A stretch of DNA of 64,000 bases. Source: Candidatus Woesearchaeota archaeon. GTDB lineage: Archaea > Nanobdellota > Nanobdellia > Pacearchaeales > GW2011-AR1. Below the pieces are notes generated by a model that saw only the letters and a program-made list of their open reading frames with translations, had not been told where the DNA came from and did no database searches. Below are positions 30,312 through 40,455 of the stretch, piece after piece. Position numbers and translations under genes: made by a program. Numbering within the stretch: position 1 is the first letter of the stretch; each line of letters starts with the position of its first letter. The DNA is taken from positions 17,234 to 81,233 of the forward strand of contig CAZEYD010000001.1 of assembly GCA_964516745.1 (NCBI GenBank), given 5' to 3'.

Positions 30312-31820
30312 TCACTCTAACTTCTTCCCACTCAATAACTCTCTCAACTTCTTCCTCAACTCCTCAATCTTAACTCGAATCTGCTTTTCACTATCCCTAT
30401 CACGAACAGTAACAGAATCGTCTTCCAGGCTATCAAAATCAACAGTAATAGCAAACGGTATACCCTTAGTCGCGCTCCTCAAATACCTCTTCCCAATACT
30501 TCCACTAACATCATAATCAACAATAAAATCTTTCTCTAATGTTTTCTTGACTTTTTCAGCCAATGTAATCTGCTCAGGCTTCTTCATCAAAGGAAAAATA
30601 CTAACATCAATCGGTGCCATATTATATGGAATCTTAAAAACACTCTTTCCATCATCAGCATGTTTCTTATCATAAAAAATATCAATCAAAGCATAAGTCG
30701 GTCTATCAGTACCAAACGCAATTTCCAAAACATGAGGAACAAAACTTTCTCCGTTCTCTCTCTTGGCTTCTAATTTAACACCACTAGCCTTAGAATGTTG
30801 TTTCAAATCATAATCTGTTCTATCATGTACACCACAGACTTCAGTCCAACCATAATTGTTCAACTTAATCTCAACATCCCACGCATCATCAGCATAAAAC
30901 GCTTTCTCATCTTCATGATGTTGCCTCAATCTAATCCTCTCAGTAGGAATCCCAAAATTTCTAAACTGACTATAAGCTAAATGAATACACCAACCATAAA
31001 CCTGAGATTTAATATATCCTTTTTCTAAAGCATCAGCAATACTAATATCCTTAATATCTTTCACTTTTTTCTGATCGTCTTCAGACCAAAATGGTAATTT
31101 AACATCTTTAATTTTATCATATCCAGACCAATCATTTTTTAATACTGGATCAATAAACATCTGCCCCTCAGCCTGTGTAAACTCACGACCACGAAGAACA
31201 CTTTGTCGAGGAGAAATCTCATTTCTATATGCTTTTCCAATCTGAAAAACACCAAAGGGAACTTTTTTTCTAAAATAATTATAAAATCTTTGAAAAGGTA
31301 AATATGTAGCAGTAGCAGTTTCAGGACGAAGTGATGCATCTTTACCAGCAACAACAGTCTTCATCATCAAATTCTGTTTAGAAATCTTTTCCTCAAATCG
31401 ACCTTTACAACTAGGACATCCAATCTTTTTTTCACCAATAAAATCCAACAATTTCTTATCACTAAATGCATCAGCTGAAATATCAAATTTTTCCTCTATC
31501 AATTTATCAGCCCTAAAAACAGCATCACACATAGAACACTTAATCACCCTATCAGTAAAAGTATCCAAATGACCCGACGCCTTCCAAACACTATCAGGCA
31601 AAACCGTCGGCGCTTCAACTTCCATCAAACCATTAGCATTAAAAGTTTTCCTAACAGAATTCTCAACCTTATTTTTTAGCAATTTACCTAAGGGACCATA
31701 AGTATAGAACCCAGCTAAGCCACCATATATTTCAGGTGATGGACCCCAAATCAAACCAGCTTCCTGAACAAAACTTATAAAATCTCTTGTTTCAACCATA
31801 CAAAAATATAGTATAAGCAA
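30312..31820 (-). CDS. glyS: Glycine--tRNA ligase (archaeal/eukaryotic alpha2 type)
   Basis: IYGGLAGFYTYGPLG, LRPETA, RNEISPRQSVLRGREFTQAE, GSIGKRY anticodon domain. Confidence 0.96.
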   Translation of the reverse strand: MLILYFCMVETRDFISFVQEAGLIWGPSPEIYGGLAGFYTYGPLGKLLKNKVENSVRKTFNANGLMEVEAPTVLPDSVWKASGHLDTFTDRVIKCSMCDAVFRADKLIEEKFDISADAFSDKKLLDFIGEKKIGCPSCKGRFEEKISKQNLMMKTVVAGKDASLRPETATATYLPFQRFYNYFRKKVPFGVFQIGKAYRNEISPRQSVLRGREFTQAEGQMFIDPVLKNDWSGYDKIKDVKLPFWSEDDQKKVKDIKDISIADALEKGYIKSQVYGWCIHLAYSQFRNFGIPTERIRLRQHHEDEKAFYADDAWDVEIKLNNYGWTEVCGVHDRTDYDLKQHSKASGVKLEAKRENGESFVPHVLEIAFGTDRPTYALIDIFYDKKHADDGKSVFKIPYNMAPIDVSIFPLMKKPEQITLAEKVKKTLEKDFIVDYDVSGSIGKRYLRSATKGIPFAITVDFDSLEDDSVTVRDRDSEKQIRVKIEELRKKLRELLSGKKLE

Positions 31821-31842
31821 CTTTTAAAGTTTTCTTAATTAA

Positions 31843-32325
31843 TTAAAAAAACCTACCAACGAAATGCCCAACAACATAAGTAATAACAACCACAACAAAA
31901 CCAATAAACAAATGCTCTAACATACCTTTCCAAACAGGCTCTCCTCTTTCCTTCGCTAACCACCAACTAAAAATTCCAATCAAAACAAAACCATAAATTA
32001 CACTAACAATGATCGCCATACGTAAATCAAAGAGAAACAACAAAGCCAAAAAACTACTAGCAATAAAAAATTTAGTGAAAAAGGTTGAAATCGTCGCATC
32101 CCAAATATATTTCTTATTATTTCCCTTAATACTCTCCTTACTTAAATGAATACCTAAAGCATCCGAAAAAGAATCAGCAATTGCAATCATCAAAACACCA
32201 CCAATAACAACCAACTTATTATCAGTAGAAGCCCACAACCCGACAAGTAATCCTAAAGTTGTAATTACACCACTCGACAAACCGAAACTTACACCACTTT
32301 TAACCACATCTCTCATAAGAAACAA
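31843..32325 (-). CDS. VIT1/CCC1-family Fe2+/Mn2+ transporter-like membrane protein
   Basis: SFGLSSGVITTLGL, IADSFSDALGIHLS; AAGGAGG Shine-Dalgarno favours the ATG at 32316. Confidence 0.82.
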   Translation of the reverse strand: MFLMRDVVKSGVSFGLSSGVITTLGLLVGLWASTDNKLVVIGGVLMIAIADSFSDALGIHLSKESIKGNNKKYIWDATISTFFTKFFIASSFLALLFLFDLRMAIIVSVIYGFVLIGIFSWWLAKERGEPVWKGMLEHLFIGFVVVVITYVVGHFVGRFF

Positions 32326-32349
32326 AACCTCCTTAGATATTTAAAACTT

Positions 32350-32416
32350 CTGACATCGGACATCAAACTTCAAGCCTCGGATATCTGAAGCCGAGGGATC
32401 AATCTTCAATTGTCAG
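32350..32416 (-). promoter_or_regulatory. Structured element upstream of the VIT1 gene (nested stems, K-turn-like motif, 12-bp direct repeat)
   Basis: CTGACA/TGTCAG outer stem, CCTCGG/CCGAGG inner stem, ATCAA(A/T)CTTCAA twice. Confidence 0.5.
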
Positions 32417-32466
32417 TCCTCAGGAACAAATATTTATATAGTCAATTTTATTTTTGATATTGCAAA

Positions 32467-32691
32467 ATGGAGTACCAAGCAGCATCGCTATATAGTAAGG
32501 AGACAAGAGTAGCCTGTCGAGATGTTGATGAATTACGTCTTGTCACAGAGGAATATATCTTAGCACATACCGTTAACGGTAAGTTCACTGGAGATTCATC
32601 ATATTTAATAAAACATAATGAATTGATGAAATATCTTAATGAATTTCCAAACACAAAATCATTAGATAAAAAAGTTGAAGCTTACGCATAA
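32467..32691 (+). CDS. Small hypothetical protein (74 aa)
   Basis: ATG-started ORF with TTTATATA about 30 nt upstream. Confidence 0.55.
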   Translation: MEYQAASLYSKETRVACRDVDELRLVTEEYILAHTVNGKFTGDSSYLIKHNELMKYLNEFPNTKSLDKKVEAYA

Positions 32692-32729
32692 TCTCAAAAA
32701 TTATTATACACTCAATTTATATTGAATCT

Positions 32730-34124
32730 CTACTCTTTCTTTTCTTCCTTAGGCAAATCCAACTTAATATGAACATCTTTCAACTGTTGCTCACTAACAC
32801 CAGATGGAGCCTCAAGCATCAAATCACGACCTTCCTTATTCTTTGGAAAAGCAATAACTTCACGAATAGATTCAGCACCTAAAATCAATTGTAAAACCCT
32901 ATCAAGACCCCAAGCAATACCACCATGAGGAGGAGCTCCAAATCTCAAAGCGTCTAATAAAAAACCAAACTTCTCTCGCTGTTCCTCAGCACCGATTCCT
33001 AAAAACTCAAAAACTTTTGATTGAATTTCAGGATTGTGAATTCTAATTGAACCACCACCTAACTCACTACCATTCAAAACAACATCATAGGCAGTAGCAT
33101 TACATGTTTCGGGGTTATCATTAAACTCTTCAATCTTAGGACTTGTAAAAGGATGATGAACAGCATTCCATTTTTTCTTATCTTTAGAATATTCAAAAGA
33201 AGGAAAATCAACAACCCAGCAAAAAGCAAATTCCTTAGAATCGTTTTTATCTTTTCTTAAATCAGGAGAATCAGTTCCATATTTTTCTATTGCTTCAACA
33301 TACGGAATTCTAACAAATGGAGTTTCAATATCAACATCTAAAATTTCTTTCCAAATTTTCTTCAACAACTTCTCAGACAAAGCAATAATATCATCCTGAT
33401 TAATAAAACTCATTTCCATATCCAATTGAGTAAACTCAGGTTGTCTATTTGCTCTCAAATCCTCATCCCTGAAACAACGAGCAATTTGAAAATATTTCTC
33501 AAAACCAGAAACCATCATCAACTGTTTAAACAATTGCGGAGATTGTGGTAAAGCATAAAAACTACCGGGCTGAGTTCTCGAAGGGACAATATAATCACGA
33601 GCACCCTCTGGAGTAGACTTCGCTAAAATCGGAGTTTCAAATTCATTAAAACCCTCTTCAACCAAAAAATCTCTAATTAATTTAATAATACGACTTCTCA
33701 AAATCAACTTCTCTTGCATCTCAGGACGTCTCATATCTAAATACCTATATTTCAATCTCAAATCTTCGTTAGTATTTTCATTCTTAATATCAAAAGGCAG
33801 AACAGGACACTTATTAAAAATATTCAATTCCTCAATACCAACCTCAACACCACCAGCAACAGATTCTTTATTCTCAGTTCCCTCAGGCCTAGTCTTAACC
33901 TCACCAATAATCTCAATACAAGCTTCCTTACTCAACTCAGCAATTTTAGAAAAACTCTCTTCATTCTTAGCAGTCACAACAGTTTGTACAGTCCCACTAA
34001 CATCCCTTAATTCAATAAAACTAACCTTACCATGTTCACGAATCGCATCAATCCAACCCTTAATACAAATCTTCTCACCAACTTTACTTGGCAAATCTTT
34101 AATCATTGTCCTTTCCATTATCAT
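32730..34124 (-). CDS. aspS: Bacterial-type aspartyl-tRNA synthetase lacking the GAD insertion, probably non-discriminating
   Basis: STPEGARDY, LPQSPQLFKQ, CFRDEDLRANRQPEFTQLD, GAPPHGGIAWGLDR; KYGTDSPDLR joins directly to FCWVVDFP; REHG and RPEG. Confidence 0.92.
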   Translation of the reverse strand: MIMERTMIKDLPSKVGEKICIKGWIDAIREHGKVSFIELRDVSGTVQTVVTAKNEESFSKIAELSKEACIEIIGEVKTRPEGTENKESVAGGVEVGIEELNIFNKCPVLPFDIKNENTNEDLRLKYRYLDMRRPEMQEKLILRSRIIKLIRDFLVEEGFNEFETPILAKSTPEGARDYIVPSRTQPGSFYALPQSPQLFKQLMMVSGFEKYFQIARCFRDEDLRANRQPEFTQLDMEMSFINQDDIIALSEKLLKKIWKEILDVDIETPFVRIPYVEAIEKYGTDSPDLRKDKNDSKEFAFCWVVDFPSFEYSKDKKKWNAVHHPFTSPKIEEFNDNPETCNATAYDVVLNGSELGGGSIRIHNPEIQSKVFEFLGIGAEEQREKFGFLLDALRFGAPPHGGIAWGLDRVLQLILGAESIREVIAFPKNKEGRDLMLEAPSGVSEQQLKDVHIKLDLPKEEKKE

Positions 34125-34154
34125 ACAAACAAATTCCTAACTTTAAAAAGATTT

Positions 34155-35441
34155 TTATGGTGTAAGCCGATGTCTATCTCTAGGAAACATTGTAACATCA
34201 CGAATATTCTCTATATTCAACATCAACATTGTCAACCTTTCAAGGCCCATACCAAAACCACCATGAGGAGGAGCACCAAATCTAAAAGAATCAATATATC
34301 CTTCAAAATCCTCTGGATTCAAATCATTAGCTTTCAATCTTTCAATTAATAATTCTGGAATATGAATTCTCTGACCACCAGAAGTAATTTCCATACCCCG
34401 CCAAATAGCATCAAAACCACCAGACAAACCATCTCCCTTGGGCATAATATAAAATGGCTTACCTTTAATTGGCCAATCATGAACAAAAACAATATCATTA
34501 CCATAAAGTTCTCCTAACTTCTTTTCTGCAGCAGAACTCAAATCGTATTTTTCCATTTCAACCCCTTCCTTAATCATAATTTCTTTAACCTCTGCAAATG
34601 TCAAATATTTAGATTCAGGAAGCTTCAAATCTTTAACACCAAGAATATCCAATTCCTCTGCTCTTTCTTCTTTAACCTTACTAATAATATATCGAACCGA
34701 TTTAGAAAGAACACCCATAACATCCTTATCATCAACAAAACATTCTTCATAATCCAGTTGTCGTGCCTCATTCAAATGACGATTAGTATTATGTTTTTCC
34801 GCTCTCCAAACAGTAAAAATAGTAAACACTTTTTCCATTGAACATGCAACCATTTGTTTATATAATTGACAAGACTGAGACAAAAAAGCTTCTTTCTCAA
34901 AATGTTTTAACTTGTATACCTCAGTACCACCTTCGGAACTAGAACCAATAAGTGATGGAAAAACAGCTTCAATAGCACCCTCCTTAATCATAAATGCCCT
35001 AAACGCTTGCATAATAGTTGATTGAATCTTAAAAATTGCCTGAGTCCTCTGACTATGTAAATCAACAAATCGCCAATCTAACTTTTTCGGCAATTCAGTC
35101 TTAGAATAATCAGAAACATCGATAGGTAAAGGATCTTTAGCATCAGCAATAATTTTAATCTCAGTAGGCAAAATCTCTTTACCACCAGGAGCCATATCAG
35201 TATTCTTTATTTTACCCCTAACCTCAACAGCACTCTCACGCTTCAAATTGTCCATCAAAGAAAACAACTCAGCATCAGTTTTACCATTCACACCAGTAAC
35301 CTGAACCCTACCAGATTTATCTTTCAAAATAATAAAGCGAATCTTCTTTAAATCTTTACTATTATGAACCCAACCCCTAAGTAAGACATCCTCATTCTCT
35401 TGCATGTCAAATAAATCTTTGATATATATTCTGTCCTTCAT
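34155..35441 (-). CDS. aspS: Archaeal-type aspartyl-tRNA synthetase, probably non-discriminating
   Basis: GWVH, MAPGG loop, SQSCQLYKQ, RAEKHNTNRHLNE, EITSGGQRIH, GAPPHGGFGMGLER. Confidence 0.9.
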   Translation of the reverse strand: MKDRIYIKDLFDMQENEDVLLRGWVHNSKDLKKIRFIILKDKSGRVQVTGVNGKTDAELFSLMDNLKRESAVEVRGKIKNTDMAPGGKEILPTEIKIIADAKDPLPIDVSDYSKTELPKKLDWRFVDLHSQRTQAIFKIQSTIMQAFRAFMIKEGAIEAVFPSLIGSSSEGGTEVYKLKHFEKEAFLSQSCQLYKQMVACSMEKVFTIFTVWRAEKHNTNRHLNEARQLDYEECFVDDKDVMGVLSKSVRYIISKVKEERAEELDILGVKDLKLPESKYLTFAEVKEIMIKEGVEMEKYDLSSAAEKKLGELYGNDIVFVHDWPIKGKPFYIMPKGDGLSGGFDAIWRGMEITSGGQRIHIPELLIERLKANDLNPEDFEGYIDSFRFGAPPHGGFGMGLERLTMLMLNIENIRDVTMFPRDRHRLTP

Positions 35442-35681
35442 CTTATTAAAAAGTAAAGGGAAACTTAGTTTCCATTATTTAAATTATTAGAATTACCATT
35501 AGCAAAAACATTCAAAACCATTTCAACTAATCCATTACTCATAAAAGAACTAAACAAAAGACATATATAAAGTTTTCTAAAATCACGACAGTTTCCCCAA
35601 AACTTTTTCTCTCCAACAGTTTTCCCAACCAACAGTTTTCCTTCCTAGAGTTATCCCAACCAACGTTTCTTTTTCCCAGGG

Positions 35682-35725
35682 CTTTTTCTTTGCCCATAGG
35701 GTACTCTTCGAGCACAAAGAAAAAG
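35682..35725. terminator. Inverted-repeat hairpin just past the stop of the 660-aa gene
   Basis: CTTTTTCTTTG (35682-35692) and CAAAGAAAAAG (35715-35725), perfect 11-bp stem. Confidence 0.45.
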
Positions 35726-35727
35726 GC

Positions 35728-37710
35728 CTAGGCCATATTATTCCCACTAAATCTAGAATTATTCTGTGGCATCTGACCACCAAATTCCATTGGCAAAGTT
35801 GTAAATCCATTACCATACAAAGAAAGATGAGTTGATGGACTCGTATTATTCCCGTAACCACCAAAATAGTTGCCATAAGCAGTTTGAGCCTCACTCCAAG
35901 GGATTTGCATCTTAGCACCATAAATTTGCGACCCCATAGCCGCCATAGTAAGAGGAAATGGCGATTTTTTAAAATGTCCAACAAAAGCACCGGCCTCAAT
36001 AATTTTATTCATCTCATCTAATCTTCCATTCTTCTCTAACTCTTCTAAAATTCCTTTAAATGGGACATTCCCCATTCCAGGAGCAAGATGAGTATCAGCA
36101 TAACCAAAATTATCAGTCAAATGCAAATGTTTAACATATGGGGCAACAGTCTCTGTTTCTTTTACAATATCTTCATCAGTAAAACCCGTCTTTTTCAACA
36201 TATTAATATGACCAACATCCCACGTCATTCCAATTTGTTTTTCCGCTATCTTATTGGCCTTTTTACGACTCATATTCTCTTTATCAACAAGTAAATCTGA
36301 AAATTGTTCTCGAGATTTTTTAACAACATCAACCATTTGTTCACCTCTAGTAAAAGCCATACCCTGAGGCATATTTTCAATTGCAATAATTGGAGCTTTA
36401 TTCGAAAATTTTTTATAAGATCTCATCGCTAAATTACCAAAAGTTTCAGCCGTTTTATTTACAGCAAAATCTTCAACATCAGTATATATTTGAGGAACCC
36501 CATGCATCAATTTATCTGTCTTTCCATCCTCTACAGGCATTGAAGTAATCGTTCGTAATTTCTGAATAGATTGATTTAGTAATTCTTGTTTTCTAACAGG
36601 TGCCATAATATCTGAATTTTGCCATATTCCGTCACTTTTTTTAATTGTATTAATACCTTCAGTATATTCTTTAGCTAGTTCTTTCAATTGGACTCTTTGA
36701 TCCTCGCTACAAAATTCAAATGCGGTTTCAAATGTACTATTAAAGTTTAATTGAACATTATCTAAAAAAATATCTGCTTGTTGAATTCTATCATAAGCAA
36801 TAGATGACATACTCCCTTTCTCAAAATCAGGTTCTCTCGTACCTGTCTTTGGGTCAAAGATAACATAATCATTTGAATATTCTTTTTTAAGTATATCTCG
36901 TTGATTTTTATTTTCTAATACTTCTTTAGGTATACGAAGTTTATCTTTATATTTTGCTAATTCAATTGGCATACGATCAATCAATTCACTAGCATGCTTA
37001 TCAAAAGTAACAAGTTCAGTTATCTTTTTATCCCAATCGGTAGCATTCGCCGACATTATCTGATCTTCAGGTTCAAAATATTTCCCGCTCTTTTCCAAAT
37101 CTGTTGGATTTAGATTACTAGGATCTAACGGACTATATTTTTTCTTTCTCTTCATTGGAACCAATTGTCCACTATCTTGATTAATTGCAATCAAACTCTC
37201 CTGATACCTTTCTCCATCTTTATCAGGTCTCCATTCACCACCAGGAATACCACCACTAGAATGAAACACAACAGGAACATTCCCATTTGGATTTAACTCA
37301 TGCGCACTTTCAATACTTCCAAACATACGACGTTCATTATCCATCATTGCTTCTTTTCCTCCCCAACCTTTTCCTTCCGGTAAAAAACCAGCAGCATCAA
37401 TCACAGGGCCATGAAGGCTAGGTCTTACTCCAGATAATTTCATCAACTGCCTCATTTCCTTAAAATGTTGTTTTGGAACTGTTTCAGCTAATTCCGATGT
37501 TAACGTTTCAACTTCAAACGCAGTTACACCTTGCTTAATAGCATTAACAGCTTCACCTAATTGATTTGCTGTCTGAAAACCTCCAGGAAAACCTAAACCA
37601 GCATTAGAAAAACGATAACCTGAGAAATTCCCATCTGGATTCAACGAAGAAGACTCACCATAATAAAACCCTTCACTACCATAAATACTTTCACTCATAA
37701 TACACCTCAA
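35728..37710 (-). CDS. Xylose-isomerase-like TIM barrel protein (AP_endonuc_2-like) with a large insertion
   Basis: SLHGP, IAIENMP, TWDVGH, HLHLTDNFGYADTHLAPGMG metal-binding motifs. Confidence 0.8.
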   Translation of the reverse strand: MRCIMSESIYGSEGFYYGESSSLNPDGNFSGYRFSNAGLGFPGGFQTANQLGEAVNAIKQGVTAFEVETLTSELAETVPKQHFKEMRQLMKLSGVRPSLHGPVIDAAGFLPEGKGWGGKEAMMDNERRMFGSIESAHELNPNGNVPVVFHSSGGIPGGEWRPDKDGERYQESLIAINQDSGQLVPMKRKKKYSPLDPSNLNPTDLEKSGKYFEPEDQIMSANATDWDKKITELVTFDKHASELIDRMPIELAKYKDKLRIPKEVLENKNQRDILKKEYSNDYVIFDPKTGTREPDFEKGSMSSIAYDRIQQADIFLDNVQLNFNSTFETAFEFCSEDQRVQLKELAKEYTEGINTIKKSDGIWQNSDIMAPVRKQELLNQSIQKLRTITSMPVEDGKTDKLMHGVPQIYTDVEDFAVNKTAETFGNLAMRSYKKFSNKAPIIAIENMPQGMAFTRGEQMVDVVKKSREQFSDLLVDKENMSRKKANKIAEKQIGMTWDVGHINMLKKTGFTDEDIVKETETVAPYVKHLHLTDNFGYADTHLAPGMGNVPFKGILEELEKNGRLDEMNKIIEAGAFVGHFKKSPFPLTMAAMGSQIYGAKMQIPWSEAQTAYGNYFGGYGNNTSPSTHLSLYGNGFTTLPMEFGGQMPQNNSRFSGNNMA

Positions 37711-37790
37711 AAGAATAAAGATTAATCCTTATATAAAGATTACGAAAAAAATACTAAAAAACCAGACCTCAAACTCCAAAAATTAATTTC

Positions 37791-39680
37791 TTATCTAAAC
37801 CGAACCGTTTCCAAATTTTTAGGAACTATAGTTTCAATTTTTTGAGTCCTATGCAAACTTGATGCTAAATCTAAACACTTTGATTGTTCACCATGATTGA
37901 TTAAAATCCTTCTAGGCTTAGGTTGTAAATTTCCAACAAAGGCCATCAATTCATTTCTAGAAGCATGACCAGAAAATCCATCGAGGCTTATAAATTTCAT
38001 CTTAACATCCACAACCTCTTCCCTACCATTAAATTCAAAAACAACATGTCTAACCCCATCTTTTAGTTTACGCCCTAATCCACCAGTGGGCTGATAACAG
38101 CTCAAACACAATCCATTCCTAGGTTCCCCAGCAAATTCTTTAAAATATTCAACAGAAGCACCACCAACAAGCATACCAGAGGTAGCAAGAACAATACAAG
38201 CACCACCATCAATAACTTGTTTTCTTTCTAAAGGAGAACCAATACGATGAAAAATATCAGATAAAAACGGATTTTTGTCCGAATAAATATTTGCTCTAAC
38301 AGAATTACTCAAATAATCTGGATATGCAGTATGAACACCATTAATATCCCAAATCATACCATCAATATAAATCGGAACTTTTGGTATAAGCCCATCTTTC
38401 ATTGCAGCATCTAAAATCATCATCTTTTCCTGAGCATGACCAGTTCCTAATTCTGGAAACAATAATTTACCACCTGCAGACAAAACACTATTTGTAAATT
38501 CAATCATAGCATCTTCTGACTCTTTTCTAGAAGGATAATTATCATCCTTCCCACCATAAGTCCCTTCTATTTGCAAAGTTTCTAATCTAGGGAAATACGT
38601 ACTTGCCGGATCTAAAAGCCTAGTTTTACCAAATTTAATATCTCCAGTATAAAGATAGTTATGCAAACCATTACCAATATTGAAATGAATCATTGCACTT
38701 CCTAAAGTATGTCCAGCATTATACAAAGTAATTCTAATATCCGGAGTAATATCTGTAACCTCGCCAAAATTTAACACAATAGAATGTTTAACCATATCAC
38801 GAACATTTGAGGATTTGAATAATGGTGCCACAGCTTGTTTATATGCAACACCAATAAAATCTAAAGCCATCAAAGCAGAAATATCTCTCGTAGGGGCCGT
38901 CATATATACAGGACCTTTATATCCCATTTTATATAAGTAAGGAATTAAGCCAGAATGATCTAGATGAGCATGAGATAAGATAACAGCATCAATAGCAGAT
39001 AAATCCAACTCGGGAGCATCTAAATAAGGAAATTGTTCTCTACCCTTACTAGAAACACTAACTCCACAATCAATTAAAACCTTTGAAATTGGGGTTTGTA
39101 ATAAAAAACAACTACGACCAACTTGCCTCGCTCCACCCAATGCAGTAATTCTTATCCATTCTTCAATTTTATCAGAATTCCAATCAGCATAAATCTTCTC
39201 TCCAATAGAATTCAAAAATCTTTTTCTATAATTGTTATCCATATACAAAACATCTCTAATTTTATCAGTAATTTTAGATTTAATCGCTGCACTACGCTGA
39301 ACGATAGGGATCCACATTGTAGCATTTCTAACATCCTTCAATAAACTACCTGATTTACCAATAGCAAGACCCGGTCTCTTTGCTTCAATAACAACAACAC
39401 TTCTTTGAGGATCAAATAAAATTTTCCCAATCTCTGCATCAATTGGAATAATTTCCCTAATACGTTTTTCTGTTGCATCATGATCCATCAAAATACTTTT
39501 ATCTGCTCTCAACTCTACTCTTTTTTTTATTTTATTTACAACACCCTTAATATCAGATTCACCATTCCTAAAATAACTAACATCGCTTGTATATACAACT
39601 ATATTCGCTCCTTCAAAGATTATAGATTTAACCACACCTTTCGGAAGTTCTCCTTCTATTGTTTTTAAAATGTCTACCAT
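37791..39680 (-). CDS. aCPSF1 (KH plus beta-CASP metallo-beta-lactamase ribonuclease)
   Basis: N-terminal KH region (AKRPGLAIGKSG), LGGARQVGRS, SHAHLDHSG, FSGHA; adjacent to psmB. Confidence 0.95.
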   Translation of the reverse strand: MVDILKTIEGELPKGVVKSIIFEGANIVVYTSDVSYFRNGESDIKGVVNKIKKRVELRADKSILMDHDATEKRIREIIPIDAEIGKILFDPQRSVVVIEAKRPGLAIGKSGSLLKDVRNATMWIPIVQRSAAIKSKITDKIRDVLYMDNNYRKRFLNSIGEKIYADWNSDKIEEWIRITALGGARQVGRSCFLLQTPISKVLIDCGVSVSSKGREQFPYLDAPELDLSAIDAVILSHAHLDHSGLIPYLYKMGYKGPVYMTAPTRDISALMALDFIGVAYKQAVAPLFKSSNVRDMVKHSIVLNFGEVTDITPDIRITLYNAGHTLGSAMIHFNIGNGLHNYLYTGDIKFGKTRLLDPASTYFPRLETLQIEGTYGGKDDNYPSRKESEDAMIEFTNSVLSAGGKLLFPELGTGHAQEKMMILDAAMKDGLIPKVPIYIDGMIWDINGVHTAYPDYLSNSVRANIYSDKNPFLSDIFHRIGSPLERKQVIDGGACIVLATSGMLVGGASVEYFKEFAGEPRNGLCLSCYQPTGGLGRKLKDGVRHVVFEFNGREEVVDVKMKFISLDGFSGHASRNELMAFVGNLQPKPRRILINHGEQSKCLDLASSLHRTQKIETIVPKNLETVRFR

Positions 39681-39704
39681 CGTTTTATTCTTCTTCTAAA
39701 ATTA

Positions 39705-40352
39705 TTAATCAAATTTCCAAGTCTTATCTTCAACTTTATCAATCTTTTTTGGTGTTATAGTCCAAATTTCATATCCAATGCCTGAAGCTGGATCACGTCC
39801 TGTAGACCCTATAATACATTTTTTTGCCAATTCAATACCTTCTTTTAATGTCAAATCTTTATTATATTCAGTATCTAATATAGCATTAACATGCATCATT
39901 CCAGATCCACTTATTTTATACGTATCAATATCTACTAACATTCCATCCGGAGATATTTCATAAAGTTGCGTTTCTTTCCCATCTTTCCCAGCCATAATGA
40001 AACTAACGGTTCCACCTGATTGTAATAATTGAAATGACACTAATGAAAAAAGACTTGCAATCTCTTTTATACTAGTTTTTTTCTTATCTCTTAATTCTTT
40101 AAGTTTAATTTCAGCTTTCAATTGTTTTATAGTTTTAAGACAAAGACTTGCATGACCAGCAATTGTCAAAATAATATCATCATTAAAGGACTTAACTTTC
40201 TCAACTTTACCAGCAATATAACTCACACCACCATCACCACCATAACTTCCTTGCTTATCAGCCGCAAGAACAATTCCACCTTTAGTCACAATCCCGATTG
40301 TCGTTGTTCCCGTCTTTAAAATATTTTTCTTCATTTCTTCATCCATCTTCAA
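39705..40352 (-). CDS. psmB: Proteasome beta subunit
   Basis: Propeptide then KTG|TTTIGIV, GSG, GRDPASG. Confidence 0.93.
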   Translation of the reverse strand: MKMDEEMKKNILKTGTTTIGIVTKGGIVLAADKQGSYGGDGGVSYIAGKVEKVKSFNDDIILTIAGHASLCLKTIKQLKAEIKLKELRDKKKTSIKEIASLFSLVSFQLLQSGGTVSFIMAGKDGKETQLYEISPDGMLVDIDTYKISGSGMMHVNAILDTEYNKDLTLKEGIELAKKCIIGSTGRDPASGIGYEIWTITPKKIDKVEDKTWKFD

Positions 40353-40455
40353 AACTAAGAATTAGTTAAAATAGGTAATTAATCTGCATTTATAAATTTT
40401 TTGCTTCTTATAATTTTAACTAAACTCTTAAAAACTAACAAAAACTCTTCATTTT

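Noticed and set aside
35583-35999. 138-aa ORF overlapping the TIM-barrel gene end
   Set aside because: Alternate-frame overlap with a well-supported gene; the tail merely translates the repeats
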